Positions 54,234-63,134 of a stretch of 64,000 nucleotides of DNA are shown here, piece by piece. Numbering within the stretch: the stretch's first letter is position 1; each line of letters begins with the position of its first letter. This stretch comes from an uncultured Acidiphilium sp. (GTDB taxonomy: Bacteria > Bacillota > Clostridia > Christensenellales > Borkfalkiaceae), in contig CAZHGN010000001.1 in the NCBI GenBank assembly GCA_964532155.1, positions 20,825-84,824 on the forward strand, in the 5' to 3' direction. The notes beneath the pieces were generated by a model. The model searched no databases and was not told where the DNA came from. It saw only the letters and a list, made by a program, of their open reading frames with translations. A program made the translations under genes and the position numbers.

Positions 54234-54362
54234 TGATTATAAATCAATATAAGCCTATTCACTATCGAGTTTTTTTGTTTACGCGGCTGGTACTCTTCGA
54301 GGCTTTTGACTGTAAATTCACTGCGTTGCCCTTCTATAAAATTGTAATTACGGAGGTGTTAT

Positions 54363-55406
54363 ATGAAGCAATCCACCTTTCAGGAAAAAAGAAAAATCGA
54401 ATGCATACAAAGAGCGGCGCCCATTATTGACGAACTACCCCCCTTTTGTCTCGAATACTTTATAGGGATTGAAAACGTTACTTCGCCCCTTACGCGGCTA
54501 AATTACGCCGTCGATTTGCGTATTTTTTTCGATTTTATTGAAAAAAAAGTTATAAAAAAGCCAATGCGAACCTTTACGCTTGCCGATTTAGAGAAAATAA
54601 CTTCCACCGATATCGAGCTATATTTAAGTTATTTAAGCCACTACACCCGCGACGGAAAATCTTTTTCGTGCAACGAAAAGGCAAAACAGCGTAAACTTGC
54701 AAGCGTGCGGTCATTGTTCAAATTCTTTTTTAATAAGGATAAAATCGTTGCAAATACCGCCGCAAAGGTTGTTACGCCAAAGCTTCACGATAAAGAGATT
54801 ATTCGACTCGATCGTGGTGAAATTGTCGCTATAATCGACGAAGCGGAAAGCGGCGACGGTTTATCCTCTAGACAAAAAGCATATCATGAAAATACTAAAA
54901 TTCGCGACGTGGCGATCGTTACCCTATTCCTCGGAACGGGAATCCGTATAAGTGAATTGGTCGGTTTGGACGTAGACGATCTGTTTCTCGATACTAACAG
55001 TTTTGTAGTCACTCGAAAAGGCGGTAACCGCACCATTCTCTATTTTACAGACGAAGTACGCGACGCCCTACTTGAATGGCTTGACTATCGCGAGAAAATC
55101 AAAGGGCTCGATAAAAACGAAAATGCACTGTTTATCTCACTACGTAACAAGCGGATAAGCGTTAGAAGCGTTCAAATCCTCGTTGAAAAATATGCCAAAA
55201 TCGTTACCCCCCTTAAAAAAATTACGCCGCATAAGCTAAGAAGTACTTTCGGTACGCTATTATATCACGAAACCGGAGATATATATGTCGTTGCTGATTT
55301 TCTAGGTCACCGCGACGTAAATACTACCAAAAAGCATTATGCCGCAATGAGCGACGATATGCGCCGTAAGGCAATTAAAAAAGTTAAATTAAACGACGAC
55401 GAATGA
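54363..55406 (+). CDS. Tyrosine site-specific recombinase (XerC/XerD-like)
   Basis: An N-terminal SAM-like core-binding domain is present. The catalytic residues are GIRISEL (Arg), HKLRSTF (HxxR) and LGHRDVNTTKKHY (His..Tyr). Confidence 0.85.
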   Translation: MKQSTFQEKRKIECIQRAAPIIDELPPFCLEYFIGIENVTSPLTRLNYAVDLRIFFDFIEKKVIKKPMRTFTLADLEKITSTDIELYLSYLSHYTRDGKSFSCNEKAKQRKLASVRSLFKFFFNKDKIVANTAAKVVTPKLHDKEIIRLDRGEIVAIIDEAESGDGLSSRQKAYHENTKIRDVAIVTLFLGTGIRISELVGLDVDDLFLDTNSFVVTRKGGNRTILYFTDEVRDALLEWLDYREKIKGLDKNENALFISLRNKRISVRSVQILVEKYAKIVTPLKKITPHKLRSTFGTLLYHETGDIYVVADFLGHRDVNTTKKHYAAMSDDMRRKAIKKVKLNDDE

Positions 55407-55455
55407 GTTTTGCTTGACATAAAAAGCTTAAAAATCATAGAAGGTATCTGCATTT

Positions 55456-56676
55456 ATGGAAAATGTTTTTATAATTGAACCTTTAATCGATAAGTCTTTA
55501 GATCCCAATCCTATTGTCGAGGAAGCGATCTCTTTAGTAAAAAGCGCAGGCGGTTTTGTCAAGGGTTACGAGTGCGTGCGCATAACTAAAATTACGCCGT
55601 CTACCTATATAGGAAGAGGTAAGGTCGAAGAAATCGCCCTCGCTTGCGACGAATTAAAATGCAACCTTGTTCTTTTCGACGGTGATTTATCTCCTTCGCA
55701 AGTCGTTAATCTTTCGGAAGCTTTAGGCGGCATTCGCGTAATCGATCGCACTACCCTTATTTTAGACATTTTTGCTTTAAGCGCAAAGACTGCCGAAGGT
55801 AAAGTTCAAGTAGAACTTGCGCAATTAAATTACTTATATCCAAGGCTTAAAGGTAAAGGTGCGGCTTTATCGCGCTTGGGCGCAGGAATAGGAACGCGAG
55901 GTCCCGGCGAGAGCAAGCTCGAAACTGATAGGCGGCATATTCGGCGCAGAATCGATTATCTCGAAAACCGTTTAGCCGAATTAAAAACCAAAAGATTATT
56001 GCAAAAAAATCGGCGCGAAAAAGACCAAACGTTGCTTGTTTCTCTCGTCGGCTATACGAATGCCGGCAAATCGACTCTTTTAAACGCGTTAACAGGAAGC
56101 GAAGTTTTAGCCGAAGATAAACTTTTTGCAACTCTCGATCCGACTAGCCGCAAACTTGATCTCGGTGATTTTTCACTTTTGCTCGTCGATACTGTCGGCT
56201 TTATCAAAAACGTACCTACTACCCTTATCGAGGCGTTTGCTTCGACGTTAGAAAGCGCCGTTGAGGCTGATTTAAACCTAATCGTCGTTGATGCGCGTTC
56301 CGAGTGGCGTGAACAGCTTGATACAACAGAAAAAATGCTCGAACAGTTGGGCTCAACGGCTAAAAGATTGATTGTCTTTAATAAATGCGACCTTGTAATC
56401 GACTATAGTGAATTTCCCAAAGACGCCCTATTTATATCGGCTAAGGACGGAAAAGGCTTGGACGGACTTAAAAATGCGTTAAAAGACGCATTTAAAAGCG
56501 AATATGCCTTTTACGAGTTTAACGTGCCGTATTCGAAGGCGGGTACGCTTAAAGAACTTTTGTCTTATTGCTCGAATAGTCATGTCGTTTACGGTGAAGA
56601 ATATATTTCCGTGCGGTGCGTTATTAAGAAAAACCGCTCGGCAAAAATTGAAGATTTTATCAAAGAACTAAAATAA
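55456..56676 (+). CDS. hflX: GTPase HflX
   Basis: The HflX N-domain is followed by G1 VGYTNAGKSTLLNAL, DTVGF and NKCD. Confidence 0.92.
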   Translation: MENVFIIEPLIDKSLDPNPIVEEAISLVKSAGGFVKGYECVRITKITPSTYIGRGKVEEIALACDELKCNLVLFDGDLSPSQVVNLSEALGGIRVIDRTTLILDIFALSAKTAEGKVQVELAQLNYLYPRLKGKGAALSRLGAGIGTRGPGESKLETDRRHIRRRIDYLENRLAELKTKRLLQKNRREKDQTLLVSLVGYTNAGKSTLLNALTGSEVLAEDKLFATLDPTSRKLDLGDFSLLLVDTVGFIKNVPTTLIEAFASTLESAVEADLNLIVVDARSEWREQLDTTEKMLEQLGSTAKRLIVFNKCDLVIDYSEFPKDALFISAKDGKGLDGLKNALKDAFKSEYAFYEFNVPYSKAGTLKELLSYCSNSHVVYGEEYISVRCVIKKNRSAKIEDFIKELK

Positions 56677-56741
56677 TAGTCGTTTTTAGCAGTTCGCTAT
56701 TCTTTAACTTTTTGCCTCATAAAATTTCGCCTGTTTTCGGG

Positions 56742-57794
56742 CTACTTTTTAAAGTGTTTTTTTATCGTATAATCCAATTCTGCTTGCTTTTCGATAATAT
56801 CCGAAAGCAGTTTGGTTTGGTTGAAAGCGCGCACGAGATTATGCGTTGGATATTCTGTTTTAAAATATTTATTACCCAAAAAATAATCGGTTAAAAATCT
56901 GCAAGCAAGCTCCGCGGTTACGTACGCAGGGGCTTTTTTTAATTTTTCGATCTCGACATCGGTTAAAAGGTCGTTTATCCCTAAAGAAAATCCTTGCGTG
57001 AAATTATCGAATTTGTTTAAATCAAAGAAAATTTTTGCTTGTTCAACCTCGTTTTCGGTTGCGCTGCTTGCAACCGAGCGCGCGGCATCCCCAAAATCAT
57101 CGGTAATTTTACCCGGCATAACGGTATCTAAGTCAATAACTATCAGTTTATTATTGCTGTAATCGAATATAAGGTTTTCGATTTTCGTGTCGTTGTGCGT
57201 AATTCTGTCAGGCAAATCGTCCCTAAGCGATAAATCGACGTGCTTTAATAAATCTTTAAGTTTAAAGAATAAATCACACCCCTCGCCACCGCACTCGTTT
57301 CGCTCTGCAAACGATTTATTCAACGCGGTTATTCTTTGTGGCAGATTATGAAAATTTTCTATCGTATAGCAAAAGTCGTCGGTAGTTAGCGGCGAGCAGT
57401 CATATATAAACGAGCCGAAAGCAATGCCTGTATCGAATGTGTCTTTTAATGATTTCGAGTCGCTTTTGGTCGTTCCGTCGATAAACTCTAAGCATCGCCA
57501 ATATTCATCATCATCTAAGTTGCGGTATAAATAGTCGTTATCGCAAGAAATTGAAAGGGGCTTTATAAAAGTAAGAGTCGGAATGCCGTTTTTGGATAAA
57601 TGATTTGTTATTTTCAGCACGTTCTTCATCATTTCGGGCGGATTATTAAATACTACGCCGTTGATTTTTTGTATAACGTATTTATTATTTGCTTTTTCTA
57701 CGATGAACGAGGTGTTTATATTACCCGACTTAGCTTTTTGAACGTTAAAATCGCCTTTACCTAAAAAGGCTTCGATTATATTGTTTTTCAGCAT
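56742..57794 (-). CDS. APH-fold sugar kinase, N-acetylhexosamine 1-kinase (NahK)-like
   Basis: Catalytic loop is ITHNDTKIENLIFD (HxDxxxxN). Metal-binding segment is IDLDTVMPG followed by DDFGDAARS. The ATG at 57794 is preferred; a GTG at 57809 is possible. Confidence 0.5.
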   Translation of the reverse strand: MLKNNIIEAFLGKGDFNVQKAKSGNINTSFIVEKANNKYVIQKINGVVFNNPPEMMKNVLKITNHLSKNGIPTLTFIKPLSISCDNDYLYRNLDDDEYWRCLEFIDGTTKSDSKSLKDTFDTGIAFGSFIYDCSPLTTDDFCYTIENFHNLPQRITALNKSFAERNECGGEGCDLFFKLKDLLKHVDLSLRDDLPDRITHNDTKIENLIFDYSNNKLIVIDLDTVMPGKITDDFGDAARSVASSATENEVEQAKIFFDLNKFDNFTQGFSLGINDLLTDVEIEKLKKAPAYVTAELACRFLTDYFLGNKYFKTEYPTHNLVRAFNQTKLLSDIIEKQAELDYTIKKHFKK

Positions 57795-57795
57795 G

Positions 57796-57827
57796 AAAAA
57801 AGATCTCACAAAATATTTTATGAGATC
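57796..57827 (-). terminator. Terminator-like hairpin between rpe and the kinase gene
   Basis: On the minus strand: GATCTCA-12 nt-TGAGATC followed by TTTTTT, which abuts the kinase ATG. Confidence 0.45.
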
Positions 57828-57867
57828 GTCGTTTAAAAGGTTTAGGTTTGGTTTTTAGTTTAGTTTA

Positions 57868-58554
57868 TTAATCGGTAACGTGCGGATGTTTTAACGATTC
57901 GATGGCTATTGCGTAATCGTTTGAACCAAAAACCGCGCTTCCGGCAACTAGAATGTCAGCACCCGCCGCCGCTACGGCATGACAGTTTGATTGATTTATT
58001 CCGCCGTCGACTTCTATTTGAGCTTTGAGATTGTTTTTTAAAAGGTATTCTTTGCATTGCGAAATCTTTTCGAGTACGGATGAAATAAATTTTTGACCGC
58101 CGAAGCCTGGGAAGACGCTCATTAGAAGTATTAACTCGCACTGGTCGGCGACGTTAAGTATTTTTTCAAAAGGGACGTCCGGATTTATTGCAACTCCACG
58201 TTTAATTCCAAGCTTTGCAATTTGGCATAATACGGATGAAAGATTATCCCCGCAAGCCTCGTAGTGTACGGTAAGTATATCGCTGCCCGACTCGGCAAAC
58301 CGCTCGATGTATCTTTCGGGATGCTCGATCATAAGGTGCACGTCCAAGGGCAATGCGGTATAACTGCGGATATCTTTTACCATTTTCGGTCCGAACGTGA
58401 TATTCGGAACGAATGCGCCGTCCATTACGTCGACGTGAATAAGGTCGGCTTTAGCGTCAGAAACGGCAGTAACCGCCTGTCCCATCGTTGAAAAATCGGC
58501 TGAAAGAATAGACGGAGCAATTAAAACTCGATTGTTTGCGTTGTTATTTGTCAT
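57868..58554 (-). CDS. rpe: Ribulose-phosphate 3-epimerase
   Basis: Motifs are PSILSADF, HVDVMDGAFVPN and VDGGI. Confidence 0.93.
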   Translation of the reverse strand: MTNNNANNRVLIAPSILSADFSTMGQAVTAVSDAKADLIHVDVMDGAFVPNITFGPKMVKDIRSYTALPLDVHLMIEHPERYIERFAESGSDILTVHYEACGDNLSSVLCQIAKLGIKRGVAINPDVPFEKILNVADQCELILLMSVFPGFGGQKFISSVLEKISQCKEYLLKNNLKAQIEVDGGINQSNCHAVAAAGADILVAGSAVFGSNDYAIAIESLKHPHVTD

Positions 58555-59392
58555 ACCTGTTTTTATACTCCGCTAAAATTTCTTTGTATATAATTTTATA
58601 ACGCTCATACCGTTCTTTTGACAAAAAAGCGCTCTCAACTGCGGATTTCACCGCACATTCCGGTTCGTCTATATGCGTGCAGTCGCAAAATTTACAATCG
58701 TTAATATACTCGTCGTACGGCTGAAAATTAGTCGGAACGTCCTCCGGCTTTACGTCGGCGTACAGTTCGGAAAACCCGGGAGTGTCGACTACCGAGAATC
58801 TTTCCGTTCGTATTATTTTCGAATACGTCGTCGTATGTTTGCCTCTTTCGGTTTTTCGTGAAAGCTTGCCGGTTAAACAGTTAGAATCGGTTAGACGGTT
58901 AATCAAGGAAGTTTTGCCGACCGCCGACTGCCCGGCAAACACGACGAGCTTGCCATGTATAAAATCTTTAAGCTCGTTTATTCCGTTGCCGTTCTCCGCC
59001 GAAACGCAAAACAGATATTTTAAAAAAGGATATTCGCGTGTTAAATAATTATAGCATTCGTTACTTTGGTCGCTTTTGTTTACCACTACGGCGTAATCCA
59101 CCTCGGCGTAGGTTGCGGATAAAAGAAGTTTATCCAAAATCAAATAATCGGGAGAAGGTTTGTCGCATAACACGATAATAAAGCATTCTACGTTAGCGAC
59201 GTTGGGGCGAGCAAAACGTGAAAAACGTGGATAAACCTTTGTTATTGCTCCGTCGGAAATTTCGACAAAATCGCCCGTAAGAACTTCATTTTTGCCAAAT
59301 TTTATTTTTCCGCGCGCATGGAAATCCAGCACTTCGCCGTTGCATTCAACTTGATAAACGCCGTTACGTGCGCAAATAACCTGTCCTTTAAT
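58544..59392 (-). CDS. rsgA: Ribosome small-subunit-dependent GTPase A (RsgA/YloQ), probable ATT start
   Basis: Circularly permuted GTPase with VVNKSD, GQSAVGKTSLINRL and DTPGF. The C-terminal zinc finger is CKFCDCTHIDEPEC. The OB-fold N-terminus IKGQVICARNGVYQVECNGE lies upstream of the first canonical start (GTG at 59332). Confidence 0.85.
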   Translation of the reverse strand: MKGQVICARNGVYQVECNGEVLDFHARGKIKFGKNEVLTGDFVEISDGAITKVYPRFSRFARPNVANVECFIIVLCDKPSPDYLILDKLLLSATYAEVDYAVVVNKSDQSNECYNYLTREYPFLKYLFCVSAENGNGINELKDFIHGKLVVFAGQSAVGKTSLINRLTDSNCLTGKLSRKTERGKHTTTYSKIIRTERFSVVDTPGFSELYADVKPEDVPTNFQPYDEYINDCKFCDCTHIDEPECAVKSAVESAFLSKERYERYKIIYKEILAEYKNRYDK

Positions 59393-60434
59393 TTTTGTTT
59401 CCTCCGAGATATTTATTGCGGAGCTGTCCGCAAGCGCCTTCGATGTCGCTCCCCATAAGTCTTCTTACGGTAGCGGAAATTCCGAGAGCATTGAGCTTTT
59501 CGCAAAATCCGTACGCCCTTTTATCGTCCGTCTTCTTTAAGCCGCTTTCTTTTACTTCGTTCAACCTGATAAGATTAACGTGGCAAGGCAACCCCTTAAG
59601 CAATTCGGCAAGGCGGGTTACGTCGTCGTCGCCGTCGTTTACGTCCTTGACGAGTGAGTATTCAAATATGAACCGTCTGCCGGTTTTGTTAAAATAATTT
59701 TTACAAGCCGATATTACGTCGGCAATTTTATATGCGTTTGCAATGGGCATAATTTGCCGTCTTTTTTCATCGGTCGTCGCATGGAGTGAAATCGTTAAAT
59801 TGAGCGACAGCCCTTCGTTTGCAAGTTTATATATATTATCCACCAAGCCGCAAGTCGATAAACTTACGTTTCGCGGGCTTACGTTAAGATTTTCGGGTAA
59901 TGCGAGTTCTTTTAGGAATGCGACGACGTTGTCGTAATTATCGAGCGGCTCGCCGCTGCCCATCAAGACCAAATTGGTTATTACCCTTTTTTTAAGCGTG
60001 CCGCCTAAATCTTTGTTGGCGAGCGCTATTGTAAAAAGCAATTCGCCTTTTGTCAAATTTCGTATAAGACCGTTTAAGGTAGAAGCGCAAAAGCGACACC
60101 CCATTCGACAGCCAACCTGAGTCGATACGCATTGCGTTTTACCGTATTTATACGTCATAACGACGCCTTCGACTATATTTCCGTCCGATAAACCAAAAAG
60201 ATATTTTATCGTGCCGTCTTTTTTAGAAACGAGTTTTTCGACTATACGCGCAGGCGCATCGGCATATTGCTCGATCAAACGTCTTCTTAGTTTATCGGGA
60301 AGGTCGGTCATTTCCGAAATTGACAAGCCGTTAGCGAAATTACGATATATTTGCCCCGCTCTAAAGGACGGCTCGCCCATAGATGCGAGCAAAGTTTTAA
60401 GCTCGTCTATTGTTAAATCGTAAAGAACGTTCAT
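59388..60434 (-). CDS. rlmN: 23S rRNA/tRNA (adenine-C2)-methyltransferase RlmN (radical SAM)
   Basis: Motifs are CRMGCRFCAS, GSGEPLDN and a C-terminal ACGQL. The ATG at 60434 follows GGAGAGGGGA, and the ORF-track TTG at 60446 lies inside that RBS. Confidence 0.93.
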   Translation of the reverse strand: MNVLYDLTIDELKTLLASMGEPSFRAGQIYRNFANGLSISEMTDLPDKLRRRLIEQYADAPARIVEKLVSKKDGTIKYLFGLSDGNIVEGVVMTYKYGKTQCVSTQVGCRMGCRFCASTLNGLIRNLTKGELLFTIALANKDLGGTLKKRVITNLVLMGSGEPLDNYDNVVAFLKELALPENLNVSPRNVSLSTCGLVDNIYKLANEGLSLNLTISLHATTDEKRRQIMPIANAYKIADVISACKNYFNKTGRRFIFEYSLVKDVNDGDDDVTRLAELLKGLPCHVNLIRLNEVKESGLKKTDDKRAYGFCEKLNALGISATVRRLMGSDIEGACGQLRNKYLGGNKN

Positions 60435-60450
60435 TCCCCTCTCCAATTTA

Positions 60451-61701
60451 TTAGCGTTTAATCATTTTGCAAACGTAAAAGCCGGCGCCGTCGCTGATAT
60501 TTGGCAAAAACTGTAATCCGTAAGCCGTTTTAAGCGCATTAAGCGGCGATTGAATTTCGCAAAAGTCAAAGCCTTTTTCGGTCGGATTAAAAGCTTTTAT
60601 AACCGCGTCGTTTTCCTCGTTTAGTATACTGCAAGTCGAATATACGACATAGCCGCCGTGCTTTACGTATTTAGAACAAGTTTCCAGTATTGATAACTGA
60701 ATTTTTGTAAGCTCTGCAAGACTTTCAGCCGAGCGATTGAGTTTAACGTCGGGATTTTCTTTAAAAACGCCGAAGCCACTGCAAGGGCAATCGCATAACA
60801 CTACGTCGGCGCGCCCCTCAAGATTTTTATCGAAAACGGTAGAATCTGCAACTTCGACTTTTATGTTGCCAACCGACATTCTTTGAGCATAACTTTCGAT
60901 AAGGCGGGCTCTGTGTTCGTGCAGTTCGCGCGATATTACCGAAGTAAACTTTTCGGCAAGAAGTACGCTTTTACCGCCGGGCGCGGCACAGCAATCGATC
61001 AAAACTTCGCCTTTAGGAACGACGTCGCATATAGCGACCGAGCCTATCGATTGAAATGTGTAAACGCCGTCGTCATAGCCTTGATCTCGTTTAAAGCCGA
61101 CTGCATCGTACAGCCCTTTGAAAGGGGTATATTTAAAGGATTTACACCTCGATTGTAAATATTCTTCACCGATTTTCTCTTTTGCAAACCTAACGTAGTT
61201 ATGCGTTTCGTCGTATGACATAATCGCTATTGCCGTTTGTTCGCCGTATTCGGCAAATATTTTTTTGACGAAAAATTCGGGAAATGAATACCGCACGGAA
61301 AGAGCGGCTATTTTGTCGTTCGGTAGTTGAACGGTGTAATCTTGCGAGATGAATTTCCTTAGTATTGCATTGATAAAGCCTGCGTTTGCGCCTTTCCCGA
61401 GTTTTTTAACGAGTTCAACTATGGAATCGGTAACGGCATAAGGCGTTTTTTTTAGAAAATAAAGGTTATAAAGGGCAATCTTGATGCAAACGCGTATAGG
61501 CAGTTTTGGGCGCTTTTCGCACAGTTTCGATATTGTGTAATCGAGAAAAATATCGTTTTCAACCACGCCGTACGTTATTTTTACGACGGTTGCGCGGTTA
61601 ATAGGCTCTATCGGCTCGGCGTTTATCGCTTGTTTGATAAAGGTGTTTTGACCATATACTCGCATGAGTATGCGGTAAGAGTCGTAAAAAGTATTAATCA
61701 T
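60451..61701 (-). CDS. rsmB: 16S rRNA (cytosine967-C5)-methyltransferase RsmB
   Basis: A NusB-like N-domain is present. Motifs are DCCAAPGGKS, DCPCSGFGV and YSTCS. Confidence 0.9.
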   Translation of the reverse strand: MINTFYDSYRILMRVYGQNTFIKQAINAEPIEPINRATVVKITYGVVENDIFLDYTISKLCEKRPKLPIRVCIKIALYNLYFLKKTPYAVTDSIVELVKKLGKGANAGFINAILRKFISQDYTVQLPNDKIAALSVRYSFPEFFVKKIFAEYGEQTAIAIMSYDETHNYVRFAKEKIGEEYLQSRCKSFKYTPFKGLYDAVGFKRDQGYDDGVYTFQSIGSVAICDVVPKGEVLIDCCAAPGGKSVLLAEKFTSVISRELHEHRARLIESYAQRMSVGNIKVEVADSTVFDKNLEGRADVVLCDCPCSGFGVFKENPDVKLNRSAESLAELTKIQLSILETCSKYVKHGGYVVYSTCSILNEENDAVIKAFNPTEKGFDFCEIQSPLNALKTAYGLQFLPNISDGAGFYVCKMIKR

Positions 61702-62647
61702 TTTTAATAACCGTGCCGAGCGTGACGGTGCCGTCTAACGAGCGTTGTCCTAAAACAAAAGCCGTGTCGTCAAGGCGTTTTTTTCCTTCGAGCTGTACGG
61801 AGTTTAGGCGAATAGCACCGTTTTTGCAAGCAACAACCAATCCGTTTTTTGTGTTTGCGTAAATAATTTGCCCCGGCTTTTTGTCGTCGACAGGCAAGTT
61901 AATTGCCGTAGCTTTATAGACTTTAAGTGTTTTCCCGAATAGATCAGTGTATGCTCCCGGCCATGGAGTCATACCTCTTACGAAGTTTACGAGCGTATCG
62001 GAATAATTATCAAAATCGATTATTCCATCTGCTTTTTTTAGCATTTTTACGTGTGTCGCAAGTGCATGATTTTGCGGGGTGAAAGTTGCAGTGCCGTTCT
62101 CTATTGAATCTAACGTTTCAACTAAAAGTTCCGCGCCGATAACCGACAGTCTATCAAAAAGTTCGCCTGCGGTTTCCTCTTTTAAAATCGGCGTCTTGCG
62201 AACGGAAATTATCGCTCCGGTGTCTATGCCCGTTTCCGTTTGCATAATTGTAACGCCGGTTTCGGCGTCGCCGTTTAAAATTGACCATTGAATGGGCGCG
62301 GCTCCGCGGTATTTTGGCAGAAGCGAGGCGTGTACGTTGATAATACCGTGCGGTGCAACGTCGATTATTTCTTGGGAAAGTATTTGACCGTATGCGCAAG
62401 TAACCATTATGTCGGGTGCAAGCGCTTTTAAATCGGCAACGCCCTCGGCGCGTATTTTATCGTACTGTAAAACCTTGATTCCGTTTTGGATTGCAGTCTG
62501 TTTTACGGGCGAAAAAACTGGCGCGGAACTCCTACCCGACGGCTTGTCGGGCTGTGTGACAACCGCAAGAAGTTCGTGCTTGCTGTTTAATATTGCTTCA
62601 AGAGTTTTTACCGCAAAATCGGGCGTGCCCAAAAAAACGACTTTCAA
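61694..62647 (-). CDS. fmt: Methionyl-tRNA formyltransferase
   Basis: Motifs are VVFLGTPDFA and NVHASLLPKYRGAAPIQWSI. Confidence 0.93.
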   Translation of the reverse strand: MKVVFLGTPDFAVKTLEAILNSKHELLAVVTQPDKPSGRSSAPVFSPVKQTAIQNGIKVLQYDKIRAEGVADLKALAPDIMVTCAYGQILSQEIIDVAPHGIINVHASLLPKYRGAAPIQWSILNGDAETGVTIMQTETGIDTGAIISVRKTPILKEETAGELFDRLSVIGAELLVETLDSIENGTATFTPQNHALATHVKMLKKADGIIDFDNYSDTLVNFVRGMTPWPGAYTDLFGKTLKVYKATAINLPVDDKKPGQIIYANTKNGLVVACKNGAIRLNSVQLEGKKRLDDTAFVLGQRSLDGTVTLGTVIKND

Positions 62648-63103
62648 TTAAACTTCACTCCTTAGATTATCTGCTTTATCGACGTAAACAATGCCGTCGA
62701 GGTGGTCGTATTCATGACAAAGCGCGCGTGCAAAAAAGCCGCTTGCTTTAAGCTTGAATTTTTTTCCGTTTCTATCGGTAGCCGATATAACGACTTGATC
62801 GGGGCGCTTTACGTCGCCCCATTTGCCTTTAACCGAAAGACAACCCTCGGGGCCGTACTGCTCCCCTTTCGTGCTTATTATTTCGGGATTTATAAATTCA
62901 TAATACCCCTCTTCCAGATCGACAATAAATATTCGACGAAGAATGCCTACTTGCACCGCGGCAAGCCCTGCTCCTTGCGCTTTTTTTAACGTGTCGTGCA
63001 TGTCGTCGAGAAGCTCTATCGTTTTAGGCGTTATCGCGTCTACCGTAAAACTTTTTTTGCGAAGAGTGGGATCTCCCAACTGAATAATATTTCTTATTGC
63101 CAT
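62648..63103 (-). CDS. def: Peptide deformylase
   Basis: ATG at 63103 follows GGGAGA. Motifs are GAGLAAVQVG, EGCLS and HEYDHLDG. Confidence 0.93.
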   Translation of the reverse strand: MAIRNIIQLGDPTLRKKSFTVDAITPKTIELLDDMHDTLKKAQGAGLAAVQVGILRRIFIVDLEEGYYEFINPEIISTKGEQYGPEGCLSVKGKWGDVKRPDQVVISATDRNGKKFKLKASGFFARALCHEYDHLDGIVYVDKADNLRSEV

Positions 63104-63134
63104 ATTTTTCTCCCTTGCGATATTATAAGTAGTA

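Noticed and set aside
54233-54430. 65-aa ORF overlapping the start of the recombinase gene
   Set aside because: It has no RBS and is AT-rich spacer sequence that runs into the recombinase coding region in another frame.
54363-55406. Tyrosine recombinase as the integrase of a prophage or integrative element
   Set aside because: There are no phage, conjugation or excisionase genes nearby, no tRNA target, and no long direct repeats that would mark att sites. The flanking genes (hflX, nagA) are core genes. It is more likely a Xer-type or switch-type recombinase.
49600-56750. The switch from mostly plus-strand to minus-strand genes, plus a Xer-like recombinase, as a sign of the replication terminus with a dif site
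   Set aside because: I scanned the intergenic spacers in this interval for a dif-like 11-6-11 site (TTATGT-type arm) and found none. A 64-kb window is too short for me to judge GC skew by eye. A cumulative GC-skew plot of the whole replicon would settle it.
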